From positions 1-51,059 of the forward strand of contig CAZHRQ010000002.1 in NCBI GenBank assembly GCA_964535075.1: a stretch of DNA of 51,059 bases. Direction: 5' to 3'. A program made the position numbers and the translations under genes. The DNA is from an uncultured Rhodobacterales bacterium. GTDB lineage: Bacteria; Pseudomonadota; Alphaproteobacteria; Rhodospirillales; CAJXLG01. How positions within the stretch are numbered: the stretch's first letter is position 1; each line of letters opens with the position of its first letter. The notes beneath the pieces were generated by a model. That model saw only the letters and a list, made by a program, of their open reading frames with translations. It was not told the DNA's origin and did not search any database. Shown here piece by piece: positions 21,209 to 30,253 of the stretch.

Positions 21209-22179
21209 CAGGTCAGTCCTCCCAGATCATGGCGGGTGGCCCCCCGGGCCAGGTCCACCTGGCGCAGCCGGCTCCCCTCGCCGGCAAAGACGGGGGTAGG
21301 CGGGGTCAGGGGCCCCAGATCGGTCAAAACGGCGGGACCGAGCGCGGTCGCCCCCTCCACATAACGTTCCCACTTGTCGCCAGCGAAGGGACTACCGGCG
21401 GTGTGGGCGGTGAGACAGTGGTAGCCGTGGCCGCCGGGCCCCACCACCACGTCGCCTTCGGCATAGGTCGCCCCGGGCTGCCAATCGCCCCGGGGCACAG
21501 TGAGGCCGGGCGCCCCCTGCGGCCCCTGGGGTCCACTGGCACCGGCCACCGCGATCTGCCAGCCCTCGGCATCGCCGGCCCCCGGCGTTTCGGTGACCGC
21601 CACCGTGAGCCACCACACGCCATCCCCGTCCGCCGCAAAGTCGGTCACGGTTCCGCCCAGGCTCAGGGTACCGTCGTCGCTCACCGCCTGTACCCCGGCG
21701 CCCGGGACGAAGGGGGCGCCCGACGGCACCTCGAACACGGCCGGATCGTCGGTGGCCGCCACGACGGAGGGCGACGGCACCCGGGCGCCGCCGAATAGCT
21801 GCCACGCCCCCAGACGCTGATCGGTCCACCACCACGGCGCGGCCGTGTGTTCGCTCAGGCACAGGAAAGGCACGCCGTTCACCCGCACCAGATCTTGGGG
21901 TTGGTAAAGCTGGCCACTCACCCAGTCCCCCCGGGGCGCCAGGCGGGTGGCCGGCAGGGCGAAGGTGCCGTAGTGGGTGCCCTGACTGCCCCAGATGTCC
22001 ATGGCGGCGCCGGTGACGGTGATGGTCTCGATGGACTCGCCGGTGAAGGAAAGGTCCTGCAGGGCCTCCACGGCCTGCTTCACGGCCCACCAGTTGCCGT
22101 CGATTTCCGCCACGGTCAGCGGCGTCCCCTTGCCGGCCCCCCAGGCCCCGGCATCGCGAAAGGTCAAGGTCACGGGCAT
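21208..22179 (-). CDS. phage tail fibre / receptor-binding protein with two CBM5/12-like repeats
   Basis: Two copies of PRGDW..G..Y...D.V...G..(Y/F).CL..HT resemble carbohydrate-binding module 5/12. There is also a short collagen-like GPQGPQGAPG stretch. Confidence 0.6.
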   Translation of the reverse strand: MPVTLTFRDAGAWGAGKGTPLTVAEIDGNWWAVKQAVEALQDLSFTGESIETITVTGAAMDIWGSQGTHYGTFALPATRLAPRGDWVSGQLYQPQDLVRVNGVPFLCLSEHTAAPWWWTDQRLGAWQLFGGARVPSPSVVAATDDPAVFEVPSGAPFVPGAGVQAVSDDGTLSLGGTVTDFAADGDGVWWLTVAVTETPGAGDAEGWQIAVAGASGPQGPQGAPGLTVPRGDWQPGATYAEGDVVVGPGGHGYHCLTAHTAGSPFAGDKWERYVEGATALGPAVLTDLGPLTPPTPVFAGEGSRLRQVDLARGATRHDLGGLT

Positions 22180-22185
22180 GATGGT

Positions 22186-24936
22186 CTACTCCGATTGTTC
22201 GGCAAGCGGACGCACCCGCCAGGGCAGGACGCGGGCGGGCACCACATGGTGGCGCCCCTCGCGCAGCCACAGGCGCTGCCACTGGTTGGTGGCGGGGTCC
22301 ACCCGACAGAGTTCCGAGCGGTACCGCACCTCCCACTGGTCCTCCGCCACCGCGATGTATCCCTTCAGCACCGAATTGGCCAACAGCCCGCCATCGGCGG
22401 TGGCACGGAAGCCCGGATCGGCCAGTTCGTGGATGGCGGCGGCGTACCAGTGCGCCGGCGGGGCCGCCCACCGGGTGGGATACTGGGTCCAGGTCCGCCC
22501 CTGGTTGCCGGAATAAAGCCAGTAAGTGGTCCGGGTGTGGGTCCACACCATCACCGCCAGCCCCCCATCGCCCAACACCACCGGCGGCCGGGTCGCCGTG
22601 GGGCCACCATTGGGCCCCTCCGCCCCGGCGGTGTGGGTCACGAGGAAAGGCACGTCGGCGGTGGCCTCTGCTTCGGCCATGGCCGTCACCCAGCCCCGGG
22701 CCAGATACTGCTCCATGTCCAGACCACGCAGGGGCGCTTCGGGCAGGCACTGGGCAAAACCGTGCACGTCGGCCAGGCGGGGCCCCGGCGGGCTGGTGAG
22801 CGGGGGCGTGACGGGTGTCTGGACCTCGTACCAGGCCAGATCGGGGGTGCCCTCACTGTCCAGAGCGAGCCAGCGGACCCACGCCCCCACCGGCAGAAAG
22901 CCCGGATCGTAGGACCCGGCCAGGGGGGCCGTAAGGCGGCGGCCATCAGGAGTCTCCACCACGAACCAGGGCACCGGTGGCCAGGTGGTGGCCGTGCCGG
23001 CCAGCAGGTCGGCTTCGTCGGCGGCCGCCGACGGCCGACAGGCGGCATGGGTGATGTCCGCCAGCGAGACCACTTTCCCCACCGCCTCCGCCGGTTCTCC
23101 CAGGGGGTCGGGCACGAAGGCGGTGGTGACCCGGTACCAGGCGGTGGTCCAGTGCACGCGGTCGGTGACGGTGTCCCGCCACAGCCGCACGTGTCGCACC
23201 ACGGCGCCGGCGGGCACCACGCGGGTATCCATGCGCGGATCCGGGGGCACCAGAGTCCGGGCCCCAGCCACGGTGTCGTTGATCCACCACCAGGGTTCCA
23301 GCTCGGCCCAAAAATCCCGCGCCACCCGGAAATACCGGATCAGGGTCCCCTCGGCCGCGCCGGGATAGTCGTTGCAGACCACGGTGATCACCGCGCCCTC
23401 GGAATAGGGCATGGCCGCCATGCGATCGTTGCGAGGGATGGGGTCGTGGTCCCAATAGACGGTGCTGTGGTGGTCGGGCCGCAGCGTGACGAAGGCCTCC
23501 TGCGCCGGCATGGCGGCGGTGTACTGGCCCCGTTGCAGGTGAATGGTGGCCGGGTGGTTGTCCTCCTCCGGTTCCCCGTACCGGGCCAGCCAGGCCACCG
23601 TCCACCCGGCGGGCATGACCCAGGTATGCCCATAGGGCGCCCGGCGCAGGGTGGGGGAGGCCGTTTGGTCGGGGGGCGGTGTGCCGCCGGTCCACACGGG
23701 GGTCCAGGCCAGCCCGTCCTCGGACCGCCACAGGGCCTCGCACGTGGTGCCCTGGCTGTCATCCCCCACCCGCCAGGGCGGGCCCGGCTCCACCCCGAAC
23801 ACGTGACGGCGCTGCCGCTGCCGCCCTCCGGCCAGGAAGCCGTCGCTCAGCGCCACCACCCATTCCGGATGCCGTTCTTCCACCGGCACCGGTGCCCACG
23901 CCCACGCGCCGCCATCCCCGGGGACGACCGTGGGGTCGCCAGAGGAATCCCGGCACCGGCGCGGCACGGAAAGGCTGTCCAGCCAAGCCGAGCCCCCCTC
24001 GCTGCCGTCGCCCCCTGCGGCCCACAGGTTGCCATGCCAGCGATGGGCCTGGCACCCCACGAAGGGCCGGTTGCAGCCTGAGGGCACCCAGGTTTCCTCG
24101 GTGATCTCCAAGCCAGTCCAGACAAAGGGCTGGCCGGGCGCATCGGCCCGGCCGGCGGTGTTTTCGCCCACCATCACGAAGCCTCGCTCGGGGCTTACCA
24201 CCCCGGCCAGCACCGAGCGGTTCACCCGTACCTCCGCCTCGGTGCGCCAGCCCCAGCCACCGGCGAGGGCCGGGGCACGGACACTGCTGGCCAGATCCTC
24301 CCGGGCCAGCACCGCGGGCGCTGGGACCTCGGCGCTCAGCGCCCACACCACCGGCCCCGGTGTGCCGTAGACCGAGGGCGGTGACGGCAGGGCCAGCGGA
24401 TAGCCCGCGGACACACTGGCCAGCGGCAGGCTGTCCCAGGCGGCCACCAGGGCCGCGCTGGGCATGTGATCATAAAAAACGCCATTCACGACCCAGGTGC
24501 GCCCGGTCAGGTCCGGTTCCTGGGTGTCATAGTGCACCACGGCCGTCATCACCTCCCCGGTGGCCCCGTCGGGATCCATGGGAAACAGGGGGTGCGGCCC
24601 GGTCTCGGGTCGGATCCAGCCCTCGGCAAAAGTGCTGCTGTCCCAGACCGTGCCGCCATCGCCGCGCACCAGGGTGAAGGTGCCGTACTCGGCCTCCAGT
24701 CCCAGCAGCCGCTGACGGGCGGGCAACAGGGCGGCACTGGCCAGCAACGCCCCTTCGCGACCGGTGGGGCCCTCCGCCGCCCAACCGATGCCCCAGCCGG
24801 TAACCGCATCGGCACCCGGCAGCACCTGCCAGGTCGTACCCTCCGCCCCGTCCCCGACCGCCTGGCGGGGTGTGGGACGCCCCGGCCGCAACAGGGCGGT
24901 GCGCAGGGTGACGGATCCGGCGGTATCACCGATCAT
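22186..24936 (-). CDS. large phage tail protein (tailspike or host-specificity candidate)
   Basis: 916 aa from the ATG at 24936, which forms an ATGA overlap with the upstream gene. It is Trp/Gly/Thr-rich and looks beta-rich, with Asp-box-like motifs SGNQGRTW and RGDGGTVW. Confidence 0.6.
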   Translation of the reverse strand: MIGDTAGSVTLRTALLRPGRPTPRQAVGDGAEGTTWQVLPGADAVTGWGIGWAAEGPTGREGALLASAALLPARQRLLGLEAEYGTFTLVRGDGGTVWDSSTFAEGWIRPETGPHPLFPMDPDGATGEVMTAVVHYDTQEPDLTGRTWVVNGVFYDHMPSAALVAAWDSLPLASVSAGYPLALPSPPSVYGTPGPVVWALSAEVPAPAVLAREDLASSVRAPALAGGWGWRTEAEVRVNRSVLAGVVSPERGFVMVGENTAGRADAPGQPFVWTGLEITEETWVPSGCNRPFVGCQAHRWHGNLWAAGGDGSEGGSAWLDSLSVPRRCRDSSGDPTVVPGDGGAWAWAPVPVEERHPEWVVALSDGFLAGGRQRQRRHVFGVEPGPPWRVGDDSQGTTCEALWRSEDGLAWTPVWTGGTPPPDQTASPTLRRAPYGHTWVMPAGWTVAWLARYGEPEEDNHPATIHLQRGQYTAAMPAQEAFVTLRPDHHSTVYWDHDPIPRNDRMAAMPYSEGAVITVVCNDYPGAAEGTLIRYFRVARDFWAELEPWWWINDTVAGARTLVPPDPRMDTRVVPAGAVVRHVRLWRDTVTDRVHWTTAWYRVTTAFVPDPLGEPAEAVGKVVSLADITHAACRPSAAADEADLLAGTATTWPPVPWFVVETPDGRRLTAPLAGSYDPGFLPVGAWVRWLALDSEGTPDLAWYEVQTPVTPPLTSPPGPRLADVHGFAQCLPEAPLRGLDMEQYLARGWVTAMAEAEATADVPFLVTHTAGAEGPNGGPTATRPPVVLGDGGLAVMVWTHTRTTYWLYSGNQGRTWTQYPTRWAAPPAHWYAAAIHELADPGFRATADGGLLANSVLKGYIAVAEDQWEVRYRSELCRVDPATNQWQRLWLREGRHHVVPARVLPWRVRPLAEQSE

Positions 24937-25433
24937 AGGGGCCCCCGATCCAGGCCCCGCACGAAGCCGAACCACGTGGCCACCGGATCCAGCCACAGCA
25001 GGGTGGCCACCCCGAACCCACCGCTCACCGGCGTCGCATCGGGCAACACCCCGCCATCCCACAGCACCGGCACCCCCCAGGTGACCTGAAAGGCGCCGGG
25101 CGGCATCTGTTCCCAGATCACGGTCAGGGTCCAGGCCCGCAGATCGTCGGCCTCCGCCTGCCGGGGCGGGGTGCGGAGCCGCAAGGTCACATCACCGGCC
25201 AGCCGCAGATGGTGCACGTTGGCCTCGGTCACATCCAGGAGATGCACGCCGTTCACCGTGGCGCTGAGCACCCGTTCGCTGTAGCCGGCCAGGGGACCCT
25301 CCGGCCGAGGGCTCTCGGCCGGGGGTGGGGGTTCGGGCGTCGGCGGCTGCATGGACCAGACCGGTACCCCGCCATGCTGGCCACCGGTGCGGGGCACGGC
25401 GGCGGGGGAACCGTCACGCAGGACCCGGGTCAT
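24933..25433 (-). CDS. phage virion-associated hypothetical protein
   Basis: 166-aa ORF inside the operon with a Pro-rich N-terminal third. No family recognised. Confidence 0.5.
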   Translation of the reverse strand: MTRVLRDGSPAAVPRTGGQHGGVPVWSMQPPTPEPPPPAESPRPEGPLAGYSERVLSATVNGVHLLDVTEANVHHLRLAGDVTLRLRTPPRQAEADDLRAWTLTVIWEQMPPGAFQVTWGVPVLWDGGVLPDATPVSGGFGVATLLWLDPVATWFGFVRGLDRGPL

Positions 25434-25451
25434 GGCGATCTTCCTTTTTCA

Positions 25452-27365
25452 TCATTCTTCCAGGGGGGTGGCGAGATCGAGGGTGGCGGGCAGGCCCACC
25501 GGGCCCGTGGGGGTCACGGTGATGGTGTGGGGCAGCACGTCCACGGCGGTGAGCGGCGTGAGCGCCAGGGCCACGTCACTGGGCACCGCCTGCACCTCCG
25601 TCGGCGGCCAGAAACCGATGCGCTGCCGTTCCCACAGCCAGGCTTCCTGCTCGGGCGCCAGATTCACCAGGCAGAGCCGCTCCAGGAACTCGTTTTCGGT
25701 CATGTGCGGCAAGGCGACCAGGCCCAGGGTGGGCGCCTGATCGCCGGGATCGTGATAGGTCACGGGCACGTCGCCATGGCTGTCACGCACCGCCCCGGCG
25801 GGATGCGCATAGACCCCAGGCGCGCTGTAGTCGGGACCATAGGGATCGTTCAAAACAGCGGGGTCCAGGGTGCTCCCGGTGCCGAGGGATGCCGCCAGGG
25901 TCACCTCCAGCGCCGGCACGCCGTGATCCCAGATCAGGGCCAGGGCCACCACCTTGCCCGTGGCCTGTCCCCCGGGCAGCCGGGGGGAGTCCAAGGTCAG
26001 GGTGGAATCACAGGTCACGTCCAGGGTGCGGGCCGTCCAACCGGGCAGCCGGGCGGCGATGCGCACGGCACGCTGGCTGCGGGCCAGGGTCACCGCCGCC
26101 AACTGCACCGCATGGTCCAGCGCCTGCCGGCCGCGATCCGTGAGAAAGAACCCGGCGCGGCGCGCATCGCCCACAGGCGGGGTGCCGGCGGGGGGCGCGG
26201 GAGGCGTGGGATTGGTCTCCTCCTCGCGGGCCCGGGCGATGAGACTGAGGCAGTCGGCGGGCAAGGGATCGTCGGGCAAGGTGACCGCAGCCGCCGGCAC
26301 CGCCGCCACGTCCCCCAGATCAAACCAGAGGTGCGGCTGAGTGGCGTCGGGCCCTTCCGCCGTATCCTGGGCGGCCCCCACCAGGGTGAGGGTCAGGTGT
26401 TCCTCCCGCTTCTGCCGGTAGTGCCAATCCACGAACAGTTGCGGATCGTAGGTCCGCTTGCGCAGGCTCACCAGGGAGCCGCCCGTGCTGTACCAGGGGG
26501 AACGGCCGGAACGGCCACTGAAATTCCACGGCCCGTCATGATCGTCCATCATGGTATAGCGGGCTTCGTAGGGCATGTGAGGATCGGCCGGCGGCGGCAT
26601 TTCCACCAGCGCGGCCTGTCGGACGCGATAGCCCGTGTCGCTGCCCAGGCTCTCCCCGGCCCGGGGCCAGCCGGCGGCGAAGGACTCGGGCGGCGTGAGC
26701 GTTTGCAGCGGCCCGCCATTCTGGCGCCAGATCTCCCGCCCCAGGTTGAGGGTGCCCCGCCCCTCCTGATGCCAGCGGGCGGTGGCGGTGAGGGTCACCT
26801 GATGATAGGGCGGCGCCGCCAGCCACCAGCGCACGCTGTCGGCGGCCACGGCGGCACGGGTGACGTGGTCCGTGTGACCACCGGTGGTGTCGTGGGACAC
26901 GGCCACCGTCCCGTCGCGACGATCGGTCCACAGATGGCGCAGCCAACCGCGCAACACCACCTCGGGATCATCCTCGTCGCCGTCCCGCACGAACAGGGAA
27001 TCGTATCCCGGCCCCACGCGGAACGGGGCCAGGGCGGCGGCGGTGGCGGCGGCATGGTCGCCCAGCCGCGCTTCAAAACGCAGGGTCAGGGTGCCCGTGC
27101 CCATCACCACCGGCGCCGCCATCAGCCGGCCACGAAACAGAGGCCGGCAGATGCCCTCCACGGTGGCGCTCAGCAAGGCATGGGCGGCGAGCCCGGGCAC
27201 GATCAGCGCCCGGTCGGGGGTGGCCAGGGTCACCTCCGCCGTGGGCACGGCCCCTTCCGCCTCCCGCACCACCACGTGATGCACCTGTTCATCGGCGCGC
27301 GCGTGGGCCCCCGCATCGAAGGGCTCATCGGGAGTCACCCAGGCAAAATGAAGCTGGGCAGCCAT
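25452..27365 (-). CDS. phage tail/virion protein of unknown family
   Basis: 637-aa ORF in the operon between the head-completion genes and the large tail protein. It is not alpha-helical or Gly/Ala-repetitive like a tape measure. Confidence 0.55.
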   Translation of the reverse strand: MAAQLHFAWVTPDEPFDAGAHARADEQVHHVVVREAEGAVPTAEVTLATPDRALIVPGLAAHALLSATVEGICRPLFRGRLMAAPVVMGTGTLTLRFEARLGDHAAATAAALAPFRVGPGYDSLFVRDGDEDDPEVVLRGWLRHLWTDRRDGTVAVSHDTTGGHTDHVTRAAVAADSVRWWLAAPPYHQVTLTATARWHQEGRGTLNLGREIWRQNGGPLQTLTPPESFAAGWPRAGESLGSDTGYRVRQAALVEMPPPADPHMPYEARYTMMDDHDGPWNFSGRSGRSPWYSTGGSLVSLRKRTYDPQLFVDWHYRQKREEHLTLTLVGAAQDTAEGPDATQPHLWFDLGDVAAVPAAAVTLPDDPLPADCLSLIARAREEETNPTPPAPPAGTPPVGDARRAGFFLTDRGRQALDHAVQLAAVTLARSQRAVRIAARLPGWTARTLDVTCDSTLTLDSPRLPGGQATGKVVALALIWDHGVPALEVTLAASLGTGSTLDPAVLNDPYGPDYSAPGVYAHPAGAVRDSHGDVPVTYHDPGDQAPTLGLVALPHMTENEFLERLCLVNLAPEQEAWLWERQRIGFWPPTEVQAVPSDVALALTPLTAVDVLPHTITVTPTGPVGLPATLDLATPLEE

Positions 27366-27369
27366 GGGC

Positions 27370-27882
27370 CTACACTTCCTCCAGGGTCAGGGACCACGGG
27401 GTGCGGGCATCCCACTCCTGCCATTCGGCGGCCCAGGACACCACCCGCATGCTCAGAACGGGGCGATAGAACACCACCACCGGCCCGTCGCCATGCGCGG
27501 CCACGGTCACCTCGCGGCCGGTGACCGCCAGCACGGCGTGGGACTCACCGGTGTCCGTCTCCGCCCGCACGCTGTCGGGGGCGGGATCGCGGTCCAGGGT
27601 CACGCCGGGAACGCCGCCGGCCAGCACCACCGCCAGTTCGTTGGCCAGGGTGACAGTGAGCGCGGTGCCCACCCGCAACCCGTCCAGGGCCGGCGGCCGG
27701 GCATCGTCACCGGACACCTCCAGGCGATAGGGATCACGGACGGGCCCCGTATGGTGCAGATGCCCCTCCTGATCCCGCCACAGACTGCCCCGGGGCACGG
27801 GGGTCAGGCGATGGCGCAAGCCCCGGGCGGACCAGGGGACCAGCAGCGCCGGGCTTTCCAGTTCCAGCGTGGTGGCCGTCAT
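27370..27882 (-). CDS. phage hypothetical protein
   Basis: 170 aa from the ATG at 27882, which shares one base with the upstream stop (TGATG). Confidence 0.55.
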   Translation of the reverse strand: MTATTLELESPALLVPWSARGLRHRLTPVPRGSLWRDQEGHLHHTGPVRDPYRLEVSGDDARPPALDGLRVGTALTVTLANELAVVLAGGVPGVTLDRDPAPDSVRAETDTGESHAVLAVTGREVTVAAHGDGPVVVFYRPVLSMRVVSWAAEWQEWDARTPWSLTLEEV

Positions 27883-28277
27883 CAGGCGGCCTCCGCCAGT
27901 TCGGTGGCCAGATAGGGCAATTCCAGCGGCAGGCGATACCAGCCTTCCGCCACGCTTCCCGGCCCCCACTGGGCCAGGCCCGGCTGCACCAGCAACCCCT
28001 GCTGCCGCAGCCGCCGGCTTTCCAATCCCTGGCCCAGGGTCCGGGCCAGGTCCTCGGCCGGCCCCGGCCCCTCGCCGGGGGGCAGGTGCAGGGTAACAAC
28101 GAACACACCCAGGCAGCGGCGATACAGATTGACGGTCCAGGTCTTGCCGGGCCGGTCCTCGGTGACCAGCCAGCGGCCGTCCGCCTCCGGGTGGGCTTCG
28201 GTATTGGCGGGAATCCAGGTGACGTCGGCAGGCAACACCTCGGCCAGCCGCGCCTCCAGCAGGGCACGGGGAGTCAT
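27882..28277 (-). CDS. phage protein, possibly tail-terminator / DUF4128-like
   Basis: 131 aa from the ATG at 28277 (AGGAGA upstream). The pattern LEARLAEVLP...WIPANTE...G......G.FVVTLHLPPGEG resembles tail-completion proteins. Assignment by recollection only. Confidence 0.4.
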   Translation of the reverse strand: MTPRALLEARLAEVLPADVTWIPANTEAHPEADGRWLVTEDRPGKTWTVNLYRRCLGVFVVTLHLPPGEGPGPAEDLARTLGQGLESRRLRQQGLLVQPGLAQWGPGSVAEGWYRLPLELPYLATELAEAA

Positions 28278-28311
28278 GGCACTCTCCTGAACACAGGGGA
28301 AAGAGGGAAGG

Positions 28312-28677
28312 TCACCGAATAACAAGACGCCACAGCAGGGCGGCGCCGGCGGTCACGTCTTCCACCGCCAGCACCTGATGGGTGCGGGCGTCGAGGGTGA
28401 GGGTATCGCCCGCCCGGGGCCGCACCCCCAGATCCCGCACCAGCACCTGCCGGCGCGCGGGGGGATGGATGCCCGGTTCCCGGGGCGCGGGGGTTTCCGC
28501 CTCCAGCAAGCCCTCACCGCTCCAGGCGAGAGCGGGCGCGATGTCGTGGCGCCCGGTGTCGGGGTTGTAGGGACCGCGCTGTCCCCGGGCCAGCACCACC
28601 GGCACCACCAGGGCCCCGGCGGCGGAAAACCCCGTGGCCACCGCCGTGGCCAGGTCGTCGAGGGTCAGGCCGCTCAT
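28312..28677 (-). CDS. phage head-tail joining hypothetical protein
   Basis: 121-aa ORF with an ATGA overlap to the upstream adaptor gene. Confidence 0.5.
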   Translation of the reverse strand: MSGLTLDDLATAVATGFSAAGALVVPVVLARGQRGPYNPDTGRHDIAPALAWSGEGLLEAETPAPREPGIHPPARRQVLVRDLGVRPRAGDTLTLDARTHQVLAVEDVTAGAALLWRLVIR

Positions 28678-29177
28678 GCCCGCACCACCCGACGGGTGCC
28701 GCTGTTGCGCAGGAAGGGCGCCATGAGCTGATCGGCCACCGGATACACGGGGGCCAGCGACACGGGATCGCGAAAGCCGATGGCGGTGGTCACCGGTCCC
28801 ACGGTGGTGCGCTGTTCCTCCACCGCGTCGGATTCGGGGGTGCGGTCGGGGGCAAGATCCCCGGTCAGCGCCCGCAGCGCCAGTTCGGCCGTGGCCTGGA
28901 TCACCGGACGGGGAATGACGCTTTCGGCCACATCGGGCACCCCGCGCCGGGGCCAGGCCAGCGCCTGATCGGCCAGCCGGGGGCTTCCCATCAGTTTCAG
29001 GCCATAGGCGCCGTCCAGGTACCGGGTGGCCCGGCGCAACGCCGCCTCCTTGCCGGCGGTGGTGGCGGCGGCCCAGGCGGGATTGTTGTAGTTCAGGTGA
29101 TGGTCGTCGGCCGTGGCCACGGCCACATAGCTGTCGGCGGTGGCGAGACCACTGCCCTCCTCCACGATCAAACTCAT
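28674..29177 (-). CDS. phage head-tail adaptor (DnaT-like/gp6-like connector family)
   Basis: SYVAVATADDHHLNYNNPAWAAATTAGKEAALRRATRYLDGAY ... QALAWPRRG matches the pattern I associate with head-tail connector proteins. Start at ATG 29177. Confidence 0.6.
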   Translation of the reverse strand: MSLIVEEGSGLATADSYVAVATADDHHLNYNNPAWAAATTAGKEAALRRATRYLDGAYGLKLMGSPRLADQALAWPRRGVPDVAESVIPRPVIQATAELALRALTGDLAPDRTPESDAVEEQRTTVGPVTTAIGFRDPVSLAPVYPVADQLMAPFLRNSGTRRVVRA

Positions 29178-29191
29178 GGGCCCAACTCCCC

Positions 29192-29271
29192 GCTCTAAAA
29201 CAAACAGATAGAGCCGATTCACGCGGTCAATGGGCCCCGCAAATGGGTCCCATTAACCGTGATCAGCTCCA
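29192..29271. repeat. palindromic repeat, copy D (module-2 end + linker + module 1) inside the phage operon
   Basis: GCTCTAAAACAAACAGATAGAGCCGATTCACGCGGTCAATGGGCCCCGCAAATGGGTCCCATTAACCGTGATCAGCTCCA. It fills nearly all of the 98-nt gap between two phage genes. Confidence 0.85.
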
Positions 29272-29275
29272 GGGT

Positions 29276-30055
29276 TTATGCACCAGGCCAGATTTCGAGG
29301 ATGCCGAAGGGCGCCCCGGGCGTGTCGGGATCGGGTTCCAGATGCACGTCGAACAGCAGCCGTGCCGGGCTGTCCTCGGCGGGGGCAAGGCTCCAGGGCG
29401 CCGCCGGCCCCACCGCCACCCGGGGCATGTCCCAAAAGAGACCGGGGCCATCCCCGGGCGGCAGCACCAGCCGGGCGGCCCCGGGGATACGCACCCGGCC
29501 GCCCACCGCGAAACGGTCGTGGGCCGGCACGGCGCGGGGATAGCTCACCGCCAGCCACGCCGGATCGGCATAGGGCGCGCCGGCGGCCCGGGTGAGGGTG
29601 CCGGCGTCGGCATCCACGACCACCGTGGCGGGATCATAGGCGGCGCCCAGATCCCGGCTTTCCACGGCGGTAACGGCCCCGGCGGGCGGTTGCATCAGCG
29701 GCCAGGGGGTGGTGCCCGCCAGGTACACGGCCTCGCGGGTCACGGTCTCCTGGCCGGCGGCAGCGGGGCTCACCGCCTCCCCCAGCAGGAAGAGACGCAG
29801 GCTGTGCGCGGTGATGCTTTCGCAGGCCACCCGCAGCCGCCCCCCCTGAGGCCCCAGCACCCGCTCGGCCACCCGCCGGCGGCCGTTGGTGTCCAGGATA
29901 AGGCGTTCCCGATGGTCGTCGGTAACGTCCAGGCTTTCGGGCACCACGTGGCCCAGGGGCACGAAGGCCCCCAGGCTGTGATCGGCCGCCCGCTCGGCGA
30001 AGGCGAGACGCACCCCGCCGGGCCGCAACAGGTGGTCCAGGTCGGCGGCGATCAC
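29276..30055 (-). CDS. phage virion protein of unknown family (downstream of capsid gene)
   Basis: 259-aa ORF whose GTG start overlaps the upstream stop (GTGA). Its position suggests a decoration, cement or tail-proximal protein. Confidence 0.5.
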   Translation of the reverse strand: MIAADLDHLLRPGGVRLAFAERAADHSLGAFVPLGHVVPESLDVTDDHRERLILDTNGRRRVAERVLGPQGGRLRVACESITAHSLRLFLLGEAVSPAAAGQETVTREAVYLAGTTPWPLMQPPAGAVTAVESRDLGAAYDPATVVVDADAGTLTRAAGAPYADPAWLAVSYPRAVPAHDRFAVGGRVRIPGAARLVLPPGDGPGLFWDMPRVAVGPAAPWSLAPAEDSPARLLFDVHLEPDPDTPGAPFGILEIWPGA

Positions 30056-30243
30056 GGTTGCGCCTCCTGCTGCAACACCCGACGCAACAGCACCGCCCGG
30101 CTTTCCCGGGCGGCCACGGGTTCGTCATGCTGTTCCAGCCACTGCTTGAGCCGCGCCCGGGTCCAGGTGCGGGGGTCCTCGCGGGGGGACGGCGGCGGCC
30201 GGTCGGGTCGGCGCCGGCGCAGGTTGTGTCCGGTCAGGCTCAT
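30052..30243 (-). CDS. small phage protein with HeH/SAP-like motif
   Basis: 63 aa. TRARLKQWLEQHDEPVAARESRAVLLRRVLQQ resembles the helix-extension-helix motif often found just after capsid genes. Confidence 0.4.
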   Translation of the reverse strand: MSLTGHNLRRRRPDRPPPSPREDPRTWTRARLKQWLEQHDEPVAARESRAVLLRRVLQQEAQP

Positions 30244-30253
30244 GGCCGGGGCC

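Noticed and set aside
20855-22179. Possible diversity-generating retroelement, because the 117-aa fibre protein has an Mtd-type N-terminal motif.
   Set aside because: No reverse transcriptase ORF, no Avd-like gene, and no template/variable repeat pair that I could find anywhere in the window. The motif is a general fibre N-terminus.
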